In this document: positions 41,900 to 55,154 of the stretch, piece by piece | Layout: each line of letters starts with the position of its first letter | Numbering within the stretch: the stretch's first letter is position 1 | NCBI GenBank assembly: GCA_965153355.1 | Contig: OZ231126.1 | Coordinates: forward strand, 35,774,001 to 35,838,000 | Length of the DNA stretch: 64,000 bases | Direction of reading: 5' to 3' | Origin: Flaccisagitta enflata | Taxonomy: Eukaryota | Made by a program: the position numbers and the translations under genes | The notes under the pieces: model-generated | Databases searched by the model: none | The model's input: the letters and a program-made list of their open reading frames with translations, nothing else | What the model was told of the DNA's origin: nothing

Positions 41900-42716
41900 T
41901 ATGAAAGTTGGACAACACTACTACTCAACCCTACTTTACTTAAGGATGAGAGCCTTTGGAGCTCTCACTGGTGTTTAATCCGGACCCATCACAACTATCC
42001 CTAGTATCCAAAATAACTAAGTCTATCTCAACATAATCATGAAATAATTCAAGACAACAATCCAACCAGGAACCAACCAGGAAAAAATCAATAATTCTAA
42101 CCTGTTTGCTACAAGTACCAGTGACAAGAAAGAGTACCAGACGATTGTGCTGTTTTGGACCACACATCCATCTGATCTTCCCATTGTAAAAGGTTCATGC
42201 AACCCACAACCTAAAATCAAAATCCTTTCCACTGATTGAAACCATTCCCTCAAACATTTCATGTCAACCCAAAATAAAAAGATGCAAAGTAGTCAGCACA
42301 TCCCTATTATTTATAGTGAACAAATAACCAAATGATGACGTAGCTATCCAAGGATAATCTAGATATCAAAGGCAATGTTGTTAAAAACCATACCATTAGA
42401 GGCAAGAATCGAGAATCAACCATATGGGATCGCCGGCATTCTATACCATGGCACTGAAATATATGAAAGTTGGACAACACTACTACTCAACCCTACTTTA
42501 CTTAAGGATGAGAGCCTTTGGAGCTCTCACTGGTGTTTAATCCGGACCCATCACAACTATCCCTAGTATTCAAAATAACTAAGTCTATCTCAACATAATC
42601 ATGAAATAATTCAAGACAACAATCCAACCAGGAACCAACCAGGAAAAAATCAATAATTCTAACCTGTTTGCTACAAGTACCAGTGACAAGAAAGAGTACC
42701 AGACAATTGTGCTGTT
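41900..42716 (-). mobile_element. Second copy of the about 565-bp-unit element (1.45 units)
   Basis: tatgaaagttggacaac at 41900 and 42462; reverse complement of the 28848-29550 element. Confidence 0.75.
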
Positions 42717-42892
42717 GTGCTATTTTTCTTGCATGAAATAGTTTTGAAGGATTGATAATATTTCAGCATGAATATACTTAAAAAGCTCAAATTTACTGTT
42801 TTTAAGTCATTTTTTTAGCTTTTAAGAGTTAAGTATTTCTTCAAACTTACTCAAGATGGTAAAACCATACAAATTTCAACTGTTCCCACACA

Positions 42893-43435
42893 CTTTTGGG
42901 CAGCGGCCCCGAAGGGGCCGATGACCTATGCTCTCACACATATGGGAGATTCCTCCTCTCCTCCTTCTCCTTTCTCTCCTTGTCCTCCTCGAGGCCCCTC
43001 CTCTGTTCTCTAATCCCAGCTGATGCTCCGCTCAAATCCCAGCCTGAGGCTCAAATCCCAGCCTGGAGGCTCAAATCCCAGCCTGGAGGCTCAAATCCCA
43101 GCCTGAGGCTCAAATCCCAGCCTCGAGGCTCAAATCCCAGCCTGGAGGCTCAAATCCCAGCCTGGAGGCTCAAATCCCAGCCTCGAGGCTCAAATCCCAG
43201 CCTCGAGGCCCAATTCCTGGTCCTGAGGCCCAAATCCTGGTCTCAAGGCCCAAATTCTGGTTTCGAGGCTCAAATCCCAGCCTCCAGGCCCTAATTCCAG
43301 CCTTGAAGCTAAAATAAAAACAGCATAGGTCATCGGCCCCTTCGGGGCCGCTGCCCCTCTTAGCACCACACACCCACATACACTCACATAGGGGCAACGG
43401 GTACCGCTGACCATCTGACGCTTTTGCGACTATTT
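42893..43435 (+). mobile_element. HINE-like family B element with internal 20/21-bp array
   Basis: gggcagcggccccgaagggg / inverse subterminal repeat; unit ggctcaaatcccagcctgga; interrupts the right TIR of the 41264-43830 element at a T run. Confidence 0.8.
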
Positions 43436-44425
43436 ATAGTTTACAGGCTTATTTATGTAGCTTGAATGATTTTAAGCAAAACAATGCTGAAAAAAACTTG
43501 ATTTTCTGGTTTTAAGTGATTTTTTTTGCTCTAATCTTTGCAATATCCATCCAAACTAGCTTGAAAAGGTAAAACTAGTTACACATTGGCTAATCTTACA
43601 CTTTTTAGAAATTTTCTAAAGTTTTGGAAGCTGTATGAACCATGAAAGTGCCAAATATGGCAAAAAATGCTTGATTTTTGCAAAAAAAAAGTGAGTTTTT
43701 CCCAAATTTTGCTTTCAAATGATTTAGTCTGATGTTGTTTTGTGTAGCCAAGACATCCTAGATGATAGTTCTTGGGGTCCCCGGAATGGGTTTTTTGGTT
43801 TTTCTTTGGGGGGCTATTCAGAGGGGGGTGCGGAACAATCTTTCATAGAACAAGTAGGCCAACGATGCGTCCTCTTTGAATAAATTCTTATGAATAAATA
43901 TTTTCCTGATGAATGAATGAATGAATGACATTTATGAATGAGTGAATGATATGATGATTAACTTATCCAATGAGTGCTACAAATACAGATTTTGTAGCAC
44001 TTTTCTTTTGGTAAAATTGTGGGTTTTGATGTTTTTGAGGTTAGCCTTACTGACAGACGAACAGACCAATAGACCAACAGACATAATCTCTTATAGAGAA
44101 TGCACTTCTTGTCGTTCCATCTCAACATTCTGATTCCGATTTTGATTCTATGGGGTTGAGAAAGGTGAGATTATTTTTAGGTGCGACAAAGCACCTCTTC
44201 TGGCTGTGTCCGTCAGTTGGTTGGTCGGTCGGTCTGTTGGTTGGTTGGTCGGTCGGGTACCGCATTCGTTCGACAATCTACACGTCGCACCTTATTGGCC
44301 TACTTGGCCTTGTTATTTTGGGAAAATGTTACAGTTTATGTCGTCTAAACTTGGAAATACGGGGGAGCTCATAACCTGAGCATCAGTACAATAAAAGGAC
44401 TGATATTTTGCTGGTGTAATGTTTT

Positions 44426-45262
44426 CTATGCCGAATTAACAAGTAGGCTTAAAAAGCTTAAGCTTAGGGCCCCGCGCCTCAGGGGGGCCCCGCGCCCCCT
44501 GTTGAAAAAAATTTGAAAAAAAGAACAAGAAAAAAAAATATGCAAAAGAAAAAATAGCAAAATATTAAAGCATGAAAATTTATTCTTGCAGAAGCAAATA
44601 GAAGTGACATTTTTCAACTAGTGTAATCTTTCAACAGGGAAATAGAATAATAGATTGAAAATCTAATAAAGATTTGTCATAGATATTTCAAAAACTTCCT
44701 TATAATATTTCAACAATCATATATTGTGATAGATCTGCTGACAGTCTAGTGTTAAAAGATACCAATAAAAAAGAGGGCGCAACTTTCTTGTGATCTCTAT
44801 TGCTGAAATAATCTTGAAACAACAAGCATGAAGTTCCTTAACTATTGAAATTTGAAAAAAAAATCTACTAGATAAGTATGATATGGTATAAGTGACTCCA
44901 ACAGTAAAGAATGAATCATTTTTTTTCATAAGAATGATAATTTCTTGCTTTCAGATAAAAATACCCCAAACTCTTTTAAAACTTTCACAAATATTTTTTT
45001 CATGAATGGATTTAATGATGCTCCATCATTTATTTATCTTTTCTGACTTTTTTTTGTATTGTTTTTTATTTCTTTAGATTTAATTTGAACTTTGAAATAG
45101 TCATTGTACATCACTGTTTCTATCTATGCTCTCTACTAATTTGTATTTCAAGCTAGAAACTTTGTTTCAAAACTATACCTAATAATGCAAAAAAATCACA
45201 CTGAGGGGGGCCCCGCGCCCCTAGCCAAGCTTAGGGCCCCGCGCCTTGTTGATCCGGCTTAG
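44426..45262. mobile_element. hAT-like MITE
   Basis: Imperfect TIR ctatgccgaattaacaag / cttgttgatccggcttag; 8-bp TSD AATGTTTT. Confidence 0.8.
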
Positions 45263-45278
45263 AATGTTTTGACTCTAA

Positions 45279-45579
45279 GGGGTTGACGATGGGGTATGGC
45301 ATCCCCCTATGACTTACTTTAAAAAAAAAATTTTTGATATAAAACATTTGATCAATCACTTTTATAGCAGAATTTCAGCTTCATCTATTTGCTTTAATTG
45401 CAAAACCAGCTTGGGATTCAAACCTGGAACCTTTAAAGAAATAATGATCACAATAAATCTTAAGTTAAGTGAGTTAACCACTAGACCAATTCTGACAGCT
45501 GTTCAAGTGGAGCTAATATGATTAAGTGTATTCAAAAGAATTTTCTATCCACAGAGTTGCCATACCCCATCGTCAACCC
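45279..45579. mobile_element. PIF/Harbinger-like MITE
   Basis: TIR gggttgacgatggggtatggca; TAA on both flanks. Confidence 0.7.
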
Positions 45580-45728
45580 TAAAGGACAAAAACATTATAC
45601 ACACACAGTTTCATTTCATTGACACAAATTGTAATTATGATATGAGGGCCCCCGTATTTCCAAGTATAGACGATATCTACTGTACCATCATTTATTTTTG
45701 AACATTTGGTATTGAAGACGGGACAGTT

Positions 45729-45928
<200 letters not shown>

Positions 45929-47395
45929 TTACAAATATCTTGGGGTCATAATAAGCAACAAAGGAAAAAAACATAATACTGTTTATATATGTTGAATGGC
46001 GCATTATTGAGCACTCAATCAATCAATCAATCAATCTCTATCTGTCTTTTTCTTTTCCTCACTTTTTAGAGGCGTCCGTCAGGATACACCTCTATGAAAG
46101 GCCAGAGAGGGTCCATATGTTCGTCCGCCCTTCCCTCCGTCAGTCCGTCGGACAATCTATCCGTCTGTCCATTTCGCCTACACTCTTTTTTTTTTATAAG
46201 CACCTCGTTTATAAGCACGCCCAGCCTCAGATATTGGGAAAATTTAAGCACATAGCTAAGCACGGTCCAGGCTGAGATTTCTAATTTGAAAAAAAAAATT
46301 TGGTAAATTTTGAAAAATATGCCATTTTTTTTAGATTTTTGATTAAAATTTCACAAAAACCAACAGCAACTTTGATAGAAATTGTAATCATTTATAACAT
46401 CAATCTATCAGTACATTCAGGATTTTGATACTGATAGAAATAATTTGTTTTCTAATAATATTTAAAAATACTATTAATATATGAAAGTAAGACAACGTCA
46501 GTGAATGATACTATATACTTTTTTATGCAAAATACATTCATTACTGTATTTTATACTATACTTAATTCTATACTATACAACACTGTATTGATGTTTTCTT
46601 TACCCTACTGCGTACTTTGTTCTTGACTGAATAGGATAATTACTTACTGATAAATGATAAGCACGCATTTAAGCACATTTCAGCCTCGAAAATGAGATTT
46701 TGCTAAGCACGCTCAGCCTCAGCCGAAAAATTAGCGTGCTTATAAAAAAAAAAGAGTGTATTCTAAAAATGCATTTCTCGACACCTTTCGAGCGTTGCAA
46801 GGCCCCAGACCGGATCAAACAACGATAAACGACGTTTATTAAAGGTGTTCTTAAGAGTTGGTCGGTGCGTCCAACTCCCCCCCAATATCGCACATCGTAG
46901 TTCAATCCAAACAATGACACTTTTTAGTTGCGGATATGTACGCAACTCTGTGAAAGACTTTGTCTGTCCATCTGTCCGTTGGTCAATCAGTCCATCCATC
47001 TGTCCGTTGGTCAATCAGTCCATCCGCCCGTCCGTCCCTCAGAATCGTGTTGAAAAGTGTAAAAACGCGCAATTGAGTCTCTGTATGTGTGAGTGTCTGA
47101 GTGAGCATGGGGTGGGGAAGGTTATGCATCGGGATTTTATACCCCTGCCCACACGTCCGCAACGATACTGTCACCCCGCGTCACTTGTTTCGTTGTTGTT
47201 TTCTTTTGCGTTCCATTCCCGACTCGGCTTCTTTCTTTCCGTTCAAAAGAAAAAGAGAGATTGATGAATAATCAAGAAAGGCGGATGTGGGGTTTCCCCG
47301 TCTTCTCTCCTGGCATGCCAAGGAAGGAGGAACGTTGTAAATGTTTAAGACGGAGACGAAAGATCTGTCAAGTTGAAATGTTTGAAAAGAAAGCG

Positions 47396-47428
<33 letters not shown>

Positions 47429-47692
47429 CAGTGAGCGCCGTAGAGAGAAGGAAAGAATGAATGAATGATTGAATGAATGAATGAATAAATGAATGAATGA
47501 ATGAATGAATGAATGAATGAATGAATGGACGAATGAATGAATGAATGAATGGATGAATAAATGAATGAATGAATGAATGAATAAATTAATGAATTAATGA
47601 ATTAATGAATGAATGAATGAATGAAAGCAAGAAACGAAGGAAGAAATAAAGATAGAAAGAAAGACAGAAAGAAAGACAGAAAGGAAGAAACC

Positions 47693-50600
47693 AGACCCAG
47701 ATCAGACCCAGCTAAAGAAAATTCCCATACCCAGCCTCTAACCCCCCAGCCACCACCCCAAAAGGCTCAAACCGCCTTCACCGTGACCCAGATAAGATCC
47801 AGCTAAAGAAAATTCCCATACCCAGCCTCTAACCACCCAGCCACCACCCCAAAAGGCTCAAACCGCCTTCACCGTGACCCAGATCAGACCCAGCTAATAA
47901 AAATTCCCATACCCAGCCTCTAACCACCCAGCCACCACCCCAAAAGGCTCAAACCGCCTTCACCGTGACCCAGATCAGACCCAGCTAAAGAAAATTCCCA
48001 TACCCAGCCTCTAACCACCCAGCCACCACCCCAAAAGGCTCAAACCGCCTTCACCGTGACCCAGATCAGACCCAGCTAAAGAAAATTCCCATACCCAGCC
48101 TCTAACCACCCAGCCACCACCCCAAAAGGCTCAAACCGCCTTCACCGTGACCCAGATCAGACCCAGCTAAAGAAAATTCCCATATCCAGCCTCTAACCAC
48201 CCAGCCACCACCCCAAAAGGCTCAAACCGCCTTCACTGTGACCCAGATCAGACCCAGCTAAAGAAAATTCCCATACCCAGCCTCTAACCATCCAGCCACC
48301 ACCCCAAAAGGCTCAAAACGCCTTCACCGTGACCCAGATCAGACCCAGCTAAAGAAAATTCCCATACCCAGCCTCTAACCACCCAGCCACCACCCCAACA
48401 GGTCGCCCAAGGGCAATATGTGGTCAGCGATACCCGTTGCCCTGCTTTGCATGGTCGTAAATCAGAATGAGAGGCAGGGCAGCGGCCCCGAAGGAGACGA
48501 AGTCCTGTAGAACACAGGGAACTTTCGTTCGTTTGTCCGTCTGTTTGTCCGCCCGTCCGTCCGTCCCTCCCGGCCCTCTCAGGCCAGAAATCTGCCATCT
48601 CAGGCCTAAAATCTGTCCTCTCAGGCCTTGAATCTGAGAGGGCAGATTTCAGGCCTGAGAGGGCAGATTTAAAGCCTGACAGGCAGGTTTCAGGTCTGAA
48701 AGGGCAAATTTCAGGCCTGAGAGGAGAGATTCAAGGCCTGAGAGGGCAGATTTCAGGCCTGAGAGGGCAGATTTTAGGCCTTAGAGGGCAGATTTCAGGC
48801 CTGAGAGGGCCGGGGGGGACGAACGAACGAACGGACAAACGAACGAAAGTCCCCTGTGTTCTACAGGACTTTGTCCCCTTCGGGGCCGCTGCCCAAAAGG
48901 CTCAAACCGCCTTCACCGTGTCCCAGATCAGACCCAGCTAAAGAAAATTCCCATACCCAGCCTCTAACCACCCAGCCACCACCCCAAAAGGCTCAAACCG
49001 CCTTCACCGTGACCCAGATCAGACCCAGCTAAAGAAAATTCCCATACCCAGCCTCTAACCACCCAGCCACCACCCCAAAAGGCTCAAACCGCCTTCACCG
49101 TGACCCAGATCAGACCCAGCAAATGAAAATTCCCATACCCAGCCTCTAACCACCCAGCCACCACCCCAAAAGGCTCAAACTGCCTTCACCGTGACCCAGA
49201 TCAGACCCAGCTAAAGAAAATTCCCATACCCAGCCTCTAACCACCCAGCCACCACCCCAAAAGGCTCAAACCGCCTTCACCGTGACCCAGATCAGACCCA
49301 GCTAAAGAAAATTCCCATACCCAGCCTCTAACCACCCAGCCACCACCCCAAAAGGCTCAAACCGCCTTCACCGTGACCCAGATCAGACCCAGCTAAAGAA
49401 AATTCCCATACCCAGCCTCTAACCACCCAGCCACCACCCCAAAAGGCTCAAACCGCCTTCACCGTGACCCAGATCAGACCCAGCTAAAGAAAATTCCCAT
49501 ACCCAGCCTCTAACCACCAGCCCACCCCAAAAGGCTCAAACCGCCTTCACTGTGACCCAGATCAGACCCAGCTAAGAAAATTCCCATACCCAGCCTCTAA
49601 CCACCCAGCCACTTCCCCAAAAGGCTCAAACCGCCTTCACCGTGACCCAGATCAGACCCAGCTAAAGAAAATTCCCATACCCAGCCTCTAACCACCCAGC
49701 CACCACCCCAAAAGGCTCGAACCGCCTTCACCGTGACCCAGATCAGACCCAGCTAAAGAAAATTCCCATACCCAGTCTCTAACCACCCAGCCACCACCCC
49801 AAAAGGCTCAAAACGCCTTCACCGTGACCCAGATCAGACCCAGCTAAAGAAAATTCCCATACCCAGCCTCTAACCACCCAGCCACCACCCCAAAAGGCTC
49901 AAACCGCCTTCACCGTGACCCAGATCAGACCCAGCTAAAGAAAATTCCCATACCCAGCCTCTAACCACCCAGCCACCACCCCAAAAGGCTCAAACCGCCT
50001 TCACCGTGACCCAGATCAGACCCAGCTAAGGAAAATTCCCATACCCAGCCTCTAACCACCCAGCCACCACCCCAAAAGGCTAAAACCGCCTTCACCGTGA
50101 CCCTGATCAGACCCAGCTAAAGAAAATTCCCATACCCAGCCTCTAACCACCCAGCCACCACCCCAAAAGGCTCAAACCGCCTTCACTGTGACCCAGATCA
50201 GACCCAGCTAATAAAAATTCCCATACCCAGCCTCTAACCACCCAGCCACCACCCCAAAAGGCTCAAACCGCCTTCACCGTGACCCAGATCAGACCCAGCT
50301 AAAGAAAATTCCCATACCCAGCCTCTAACCACCCAGCCACCACCCCAAAAGGCTCAAACCGCCTTCACCGTGACCCAGATCAGACCCAGCTAAAGAAAAT
50401 TCCCGTAACCAGCCTCTAACCACCCAGCCACCACCCCAAAAGGCTCAAACCGCCTTCACCGTGACCCAGATCAGACCCAGCTAAAGAAAATTCCCATACC
50501 CAGCCTCTAACCACCCAGCCACCACCCCAAAAGGCTCAAACCGCCTTCACCGTGACCCAGATCAGACCCAGCTAAAGAAAATTCCCATACCCAGCCTCTA

Positions 50601-51273
50601 ACCACCCAGCCACCACCCCAAAAGGCTAAAACCGCCTTCACCGTGACCCAGATCAGACCCAGCTAAAGAAAATTCCCATACCCAGCCTCTAACCACCCAG
50701 CCACTTCCCCAAAAGGCTCAAACCGCCTTCACCGTGACCCAGATCAGACCCAGCTAAAAAAAATTCCCATACCCAGCCTCTAACCACCCAGCCACCACCC
50801 CAAAAGGCTCAAACCGCCTTCACCGTGATCCAGATCAGACCCAGCTAAAGATAATTCCCATACCCAGCCTCTAACCACCCAGCCACCACCCCAAAAAGCT
50901 CAAAACGCCTTCACCGTGACCCAGATCAGACCCGGCTAAAAAAAATTCCCATACCCAGCCTCTAACCACCCAGTCACCACCCCAAAAGGCTCAAACCGCC
51001 TTAACCGTGACCCAGATCAGACCCAGCTAAAGAAAATTCCCATACCCAGCCTCTAACCACCCAGCCACCACCCCTAAAGGCTCAAACCGCCTTCACTGTG
51101 ACCCAGATCAGACCCAGCTAAAGAAAATTCCCATACCCAGCCTCTAACCACCCAGCCACCACCCCAAAAGGCTCAAACCACCTTCACCGTGACCCAGATC
51201 AGACCCAGCTAAAGAAAATTCCCATACCCAGCCTCTAACCACCCAGCAACCACCCCAAAAGGCTCAAACCGCC
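47693..51273. repeat. 91-bp tandem satellite, about 34 near-identical units, interrupted at 48399-48894
   Basis: Unit cccagatcagacccagctaaagaaaattcccatacccagcctctaaccacccagccaccaccccaaaaggctcaaaccgccttcaccgtga; period 91 (e.g. 47881 to 47972). Confidence 0.97.
48399..48894 (-). mobile_element. HINE-like family B element with 21-bp array, inserted in the 91-bp satellite
   Basis: Same subterminal repeats; unit aggcctgagagggcagatttc; satellite resumes in register on both sides. Confidence 0.85.
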
Positions 51274-52290
51274 TGGGCCTGCTGCGGGACAACTTGGATG
51301 GGAGGGGGCAGTATGTGGTGTATGGGGGCTTTGAGTCAGAAAGGGATCAGGTGAGATGTGGAGTCCCTCAAGGCTCAGTTCTTGGCCCACTGTTCTTCCT
51401 GTTGTATGTCAACGACATGGTGAGGGCGTGTCAGGGCCTTGATCATGTCCTTTTTGCAGACGACACTAACATATTTGCTGAGGGTAGGGACCCCAGCTGA
51501 GCTCTTTGGGAGGGTAAACAGGGGTCTGGGGGAGCTCAGTCGGTATGTCTATTTTGGCGGACCTGGGGGGAGGGAGCCACCAGAAGGGGGGTTAGAGATA
51601 GGGGGTGAGCAGGTCAGGAGAGTGGAGGTTCTTTGGGATGTTGGTGGACGGGGGGGGGGTTGAGGTGGACTGGGCACATTGAGCAGTTCAGGGGGATGGT
51701 GGGGCGCCTTCTGGGGGTATTGGGAAGGGCGGGGGCTGTCCTTGATGGGCGACGTCTCCTTTCACTCTATAATGGGCTGGTTCTCCCGCACTTGCAGTAT
51801 TGCCTGATGGTGTGGGGAGACCTAAAGGAGGGGCGGAACCTGACACTGGGGGGGGGGCCTGGGCAGGTACCAGAAAAGGTTTGCTGGCAAGAAGGGGCGG
51901 TACCATGCAGACCCGCTTCTGGCCCAGCTATATAGGCAGCAGCTTAGGGTTCACGCCTGGCAGTTCTGGAATGGACGGCTTCCAGAGAACCAGGCAACTA
52001 TGCTGGGGAGAATTGATGGGGTCCCTGGGTATGGGACTAGGGCGGCAAGGGCGGGGCTTTTCCTGTCAACGAGGGACCACAGGTCGGTGGGGTATAGGGT
52101 GCCCAAGGAGTGGGCGGCGATTCCAGAGGGGCAGAGGGGGGTTGGGTCTCTTGGGGCGTTTAAATGGAGGTCGAGGGCTGGGTTTCTGTCTTCATATGCT
52201 GGGTTTAGGTGTTCGGGGGGCTGTGGCATCTGTCCTTGAGTTGAGGGTGACATGGGCACGTGTCTCGGTGGTGTGGTTCAATTGGTCTTG
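51274..52290 (+). pseudogene. Decayed, 5'-truncated GC-rich LINE fragment (RT C-terminal half and start of 3' UTR)
   Basis: GVPQGSVLGPLFFLLYVNDM, LFADDT, LYNGLVLPHLQYCLMVWG spread over frameshifted ORFs. Confidence 0.88.
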
Positions 52291-53677
52291 GAAAATTATC
52301 GTGTTGTTGGTTGGTTGGCTTCCATTATTTTTCTGCATATCGTGGATTTTGATTCTGATTCGCTTGTGATACTTACTCGCACTGACGCTCGACATGAATT
52401 TACTTGTTCCGTGAATTCTCTCCTCAACATGTGATATTTTACATTCTTCGCCATTGTATCGAAACTTTGAATCATTGATTATTGAAATTGTTGCTAGAGG
52501 CCATGCCTATGCAAATTGACCATGTTCTACCTTTTCATTTGCAGAAGAGAAAAGTTTTATACATATATTTGCGCATTTTATGTCATGGTAGGGGACGAGC
52601 TACAACTTGATATTTCTAAGGCTGAGAGCGCATCTTGTTTTGAAAAAAACTCGCCCCCTGAAGTGTTGAGAGTCATTGAAGGCGCAAATCACTACTGATC
52701 TAGGTGTTCTTGGTTTTGTTCGACGGTGATTCGATTTCTCTCGCCGTCAGCTTTAACTACATCATTATTTTCTTCTTAGGGGCCCTGAAGGGCCCCCAAA
52801 AAAACCCTTATTGAGATTTTTTTTTTGAAAAAGTGGGGTGCAATCTGAGTAGGAAATTGTATGATTTGCCTAGATCCAAAATCTTATATTTTCACTTTTT
52901 TCAAAAAATTTAGAAAATTTTTGTGTTGCGCGTCAGGGACATGGAAAAAAAAATCACAAAATATTTTTTTGAAAAATGGTTTTCAAAAGTGGAGTACAAT
53001 TGATAAGAAATTGTTTAATGCGCCTAAATCCAAAATCCTATAACCTTACTTTTTCAAAAAATTTTAAGAATTTGATTGGGGTCGAGTTAAAAGAGAGAAC
53101 GGAAAAAAAGAACATCGATTTTCTCTTTTACTTTTTAAGTATGAAAAAGGCCGTAACTTCTAAACTATTGATGCGATTGTCCTGAAATTTGAAATACTAG
53201 CTGACGTCATGGTTCTCGACGTACGAGCCAAAAATCTCGGTTGTGAACCGTCGTAGAGTTTAACACACTTCTTTGCCTAGTCATGGATTTGACTCATAAG
53301 AATAAGCATTATTACTTGGAAAAAAATAGACGTACCTACTTATCAATTGAAAAAAAAAACAGATGCAAAAAAAGACTTTTTTAAAGATTTTCAAAAAAAG
53401 ATATCATTCAAATTTCAATCCAAACCCATCCTAGGTCAGAACTTCAAACGGTTTAGAGGCAAAGAGAAACACAAATTTCATGTCACGGCATGGGTAGTAA
53501 ACATACCCTGAAAAGCTTTTTATACCAAATAGTCGAAGCAATGTTGAGAAATAACGTGAAATGTTTATTTTGTAAATACCAAATCTATGAAAGGGATACA
53601 AACTTGTAAAAACTTGGCATTTTTTAAAACATGCCACTTTAGATGTACTAATTTTCAAGAGTCGCATGTTTTTGCTA

Positions 53678-54385
53678 TTTGGGCAGCGGCCCCAAAGGGG
53701 CGATGTCCTGTAGGACACAGGGGTGAACTGTTACGTCTGTCTGACAATACCCCCCCAAAGCTTCTCAAGCCTCAAATTCCCATCAAACATCAAACAACCA
53801 AACAACATCAGACAACATGGGAAATTAACAAAAAGCAAACTTCCCATTGAATAACAGGTCTCACAAAATTAGGCGGAAAGAGATGACAGCTGGTTGAAAA
53901 GAGCGTTTAAAATGGAGATATAATCAATCTAAGCGATATATATTACCAATTCATGTTCACTTTATCAATATGATGCAAAAAATACCCAAAAAAGTTAATG
54001 TCTATCCCCAAATGAACGTAAATATGCTGATAAGTGAAAGTACACCAAATTCGGGATTGACACACTCTTCTTATTGTTGATGCTCGACTTCCCCTTCAAT
54101 TCCTCAGCTATTGTCAACTTAGGTGGCTTTCTTTCTGCGTGACTGACTCTCCTGCATGCACCAACTGCATTTCACAATAAATGAAAAATTCCCATTGAAC
54201 ATCATGGAACATTGCCACTAAGGCCTCATATATGCCCTCTCAGAACATATTGAAATTCCCCCTGTGTCCTTCAGGACGTTGGCCTTTTGGGGCCGCTGCC
54301 CTGCTCTCACTCTACTTCTTCAGCTAATAACTCCAAGCAGGGCATCAGGTACCGCTGACCATGTGCGATCCTTGGACGACTTGTT
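53678..54385 (+). mobile_element. HINE-like family B element without an expanded array
   Basis: tttgggcagcggcccc 5' end, ggggccgctgccc and gatccttggacgacttgtt 3' end. Confidence 0.75.
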
Positions 54386-55154
54386 GTATTTATTGATTCT
54401 CTATGCAAATTTGTCATTTATAGTAGATACTAGTCAGGTGATAAAACGTGAAAATTTTGATTTCAATACCTTCATCTTTGGAAAGAATGTTAAGTTGTTT
54501 TGAGAGCCGATAAAGACATATCAATTTTTCTGATGGCTATATCAAAAGAAACGCTTTTAGTTGCAAATCGATATTCAGTAGGTTTTTGTTGGATAATAAA
54601 GTTAGATTATTTTCAAACAACAGCTAAAACATTAAAAATTGGAAAATAATCTGATAAATGGTGAATTCTAAAAAATTGACGGCAATTGAACCATCAAATA
54701 TGCAAAATATGTCTCAACCCAAGGTGTAACAACACTTTTACTACAAATATTCAGACAAAATTATCAATAATGAAAAAATTCTCAATTATGCATGGAAGAG
54801 GAATTCCTGCTTAATTTATACCGTGTCTTATGCCATTTCTAGACGAAAAAATATAACAATCCCAGATTTGCACGTACAGTAGGACCCCGCCTCATCGGTC
54901 CCATTGGGACTGAAGATTTTTCACCTTTATCTCAGGTTCACCTTTAGAGAGAGGTGAAATCACATTAGAAACTGTCATTTGGGACCTTAAAGTATTGACC
55001 TTTATTGATGGAGAACCTTTAAAAGCGGGGCTGTTATTGCGGGGTCCCATTGTATTAACTAGCCAGTGAGGGTTCACAAGGCCTCCTTCCATTTATCTCA
55101 ATTTGGGTAAAGTGAGGGATAATGTTTCACGTCCCATTGTTTCATCCGCAAGGT

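Larger units (their letters stand above)
41264..43830. mobile_element. Long-TIR element, Chapaev/CMC-like, with two nested insertions
   Basis: CACCCCCC..GGGGGGTG termini, about 500-bp TIRs, 4-bp TSD CGGA. Confidence 0.8.
44332..45682. mobile_element. Related CAGTAG-type MITE hosting two nested MITEs
   Basis: Termini match 32832-33405, TA TSD. Confidence 0.75.

Noticed and set aside
42440-42480. Hammerhead ribozyme core (ctgaaatatatgaaag) in the structured element
   Set aside because: Does not match CUGANGA, is not conserved in the 325-bp subfamily, and lies on the strand disfavoured by G.U pairs.
47693-51273. CRISPR-like appearance of the regular array
   Set aside because: Units are contiguous and near-identical with no unique spacers; eukaryotic context, no cas genes.
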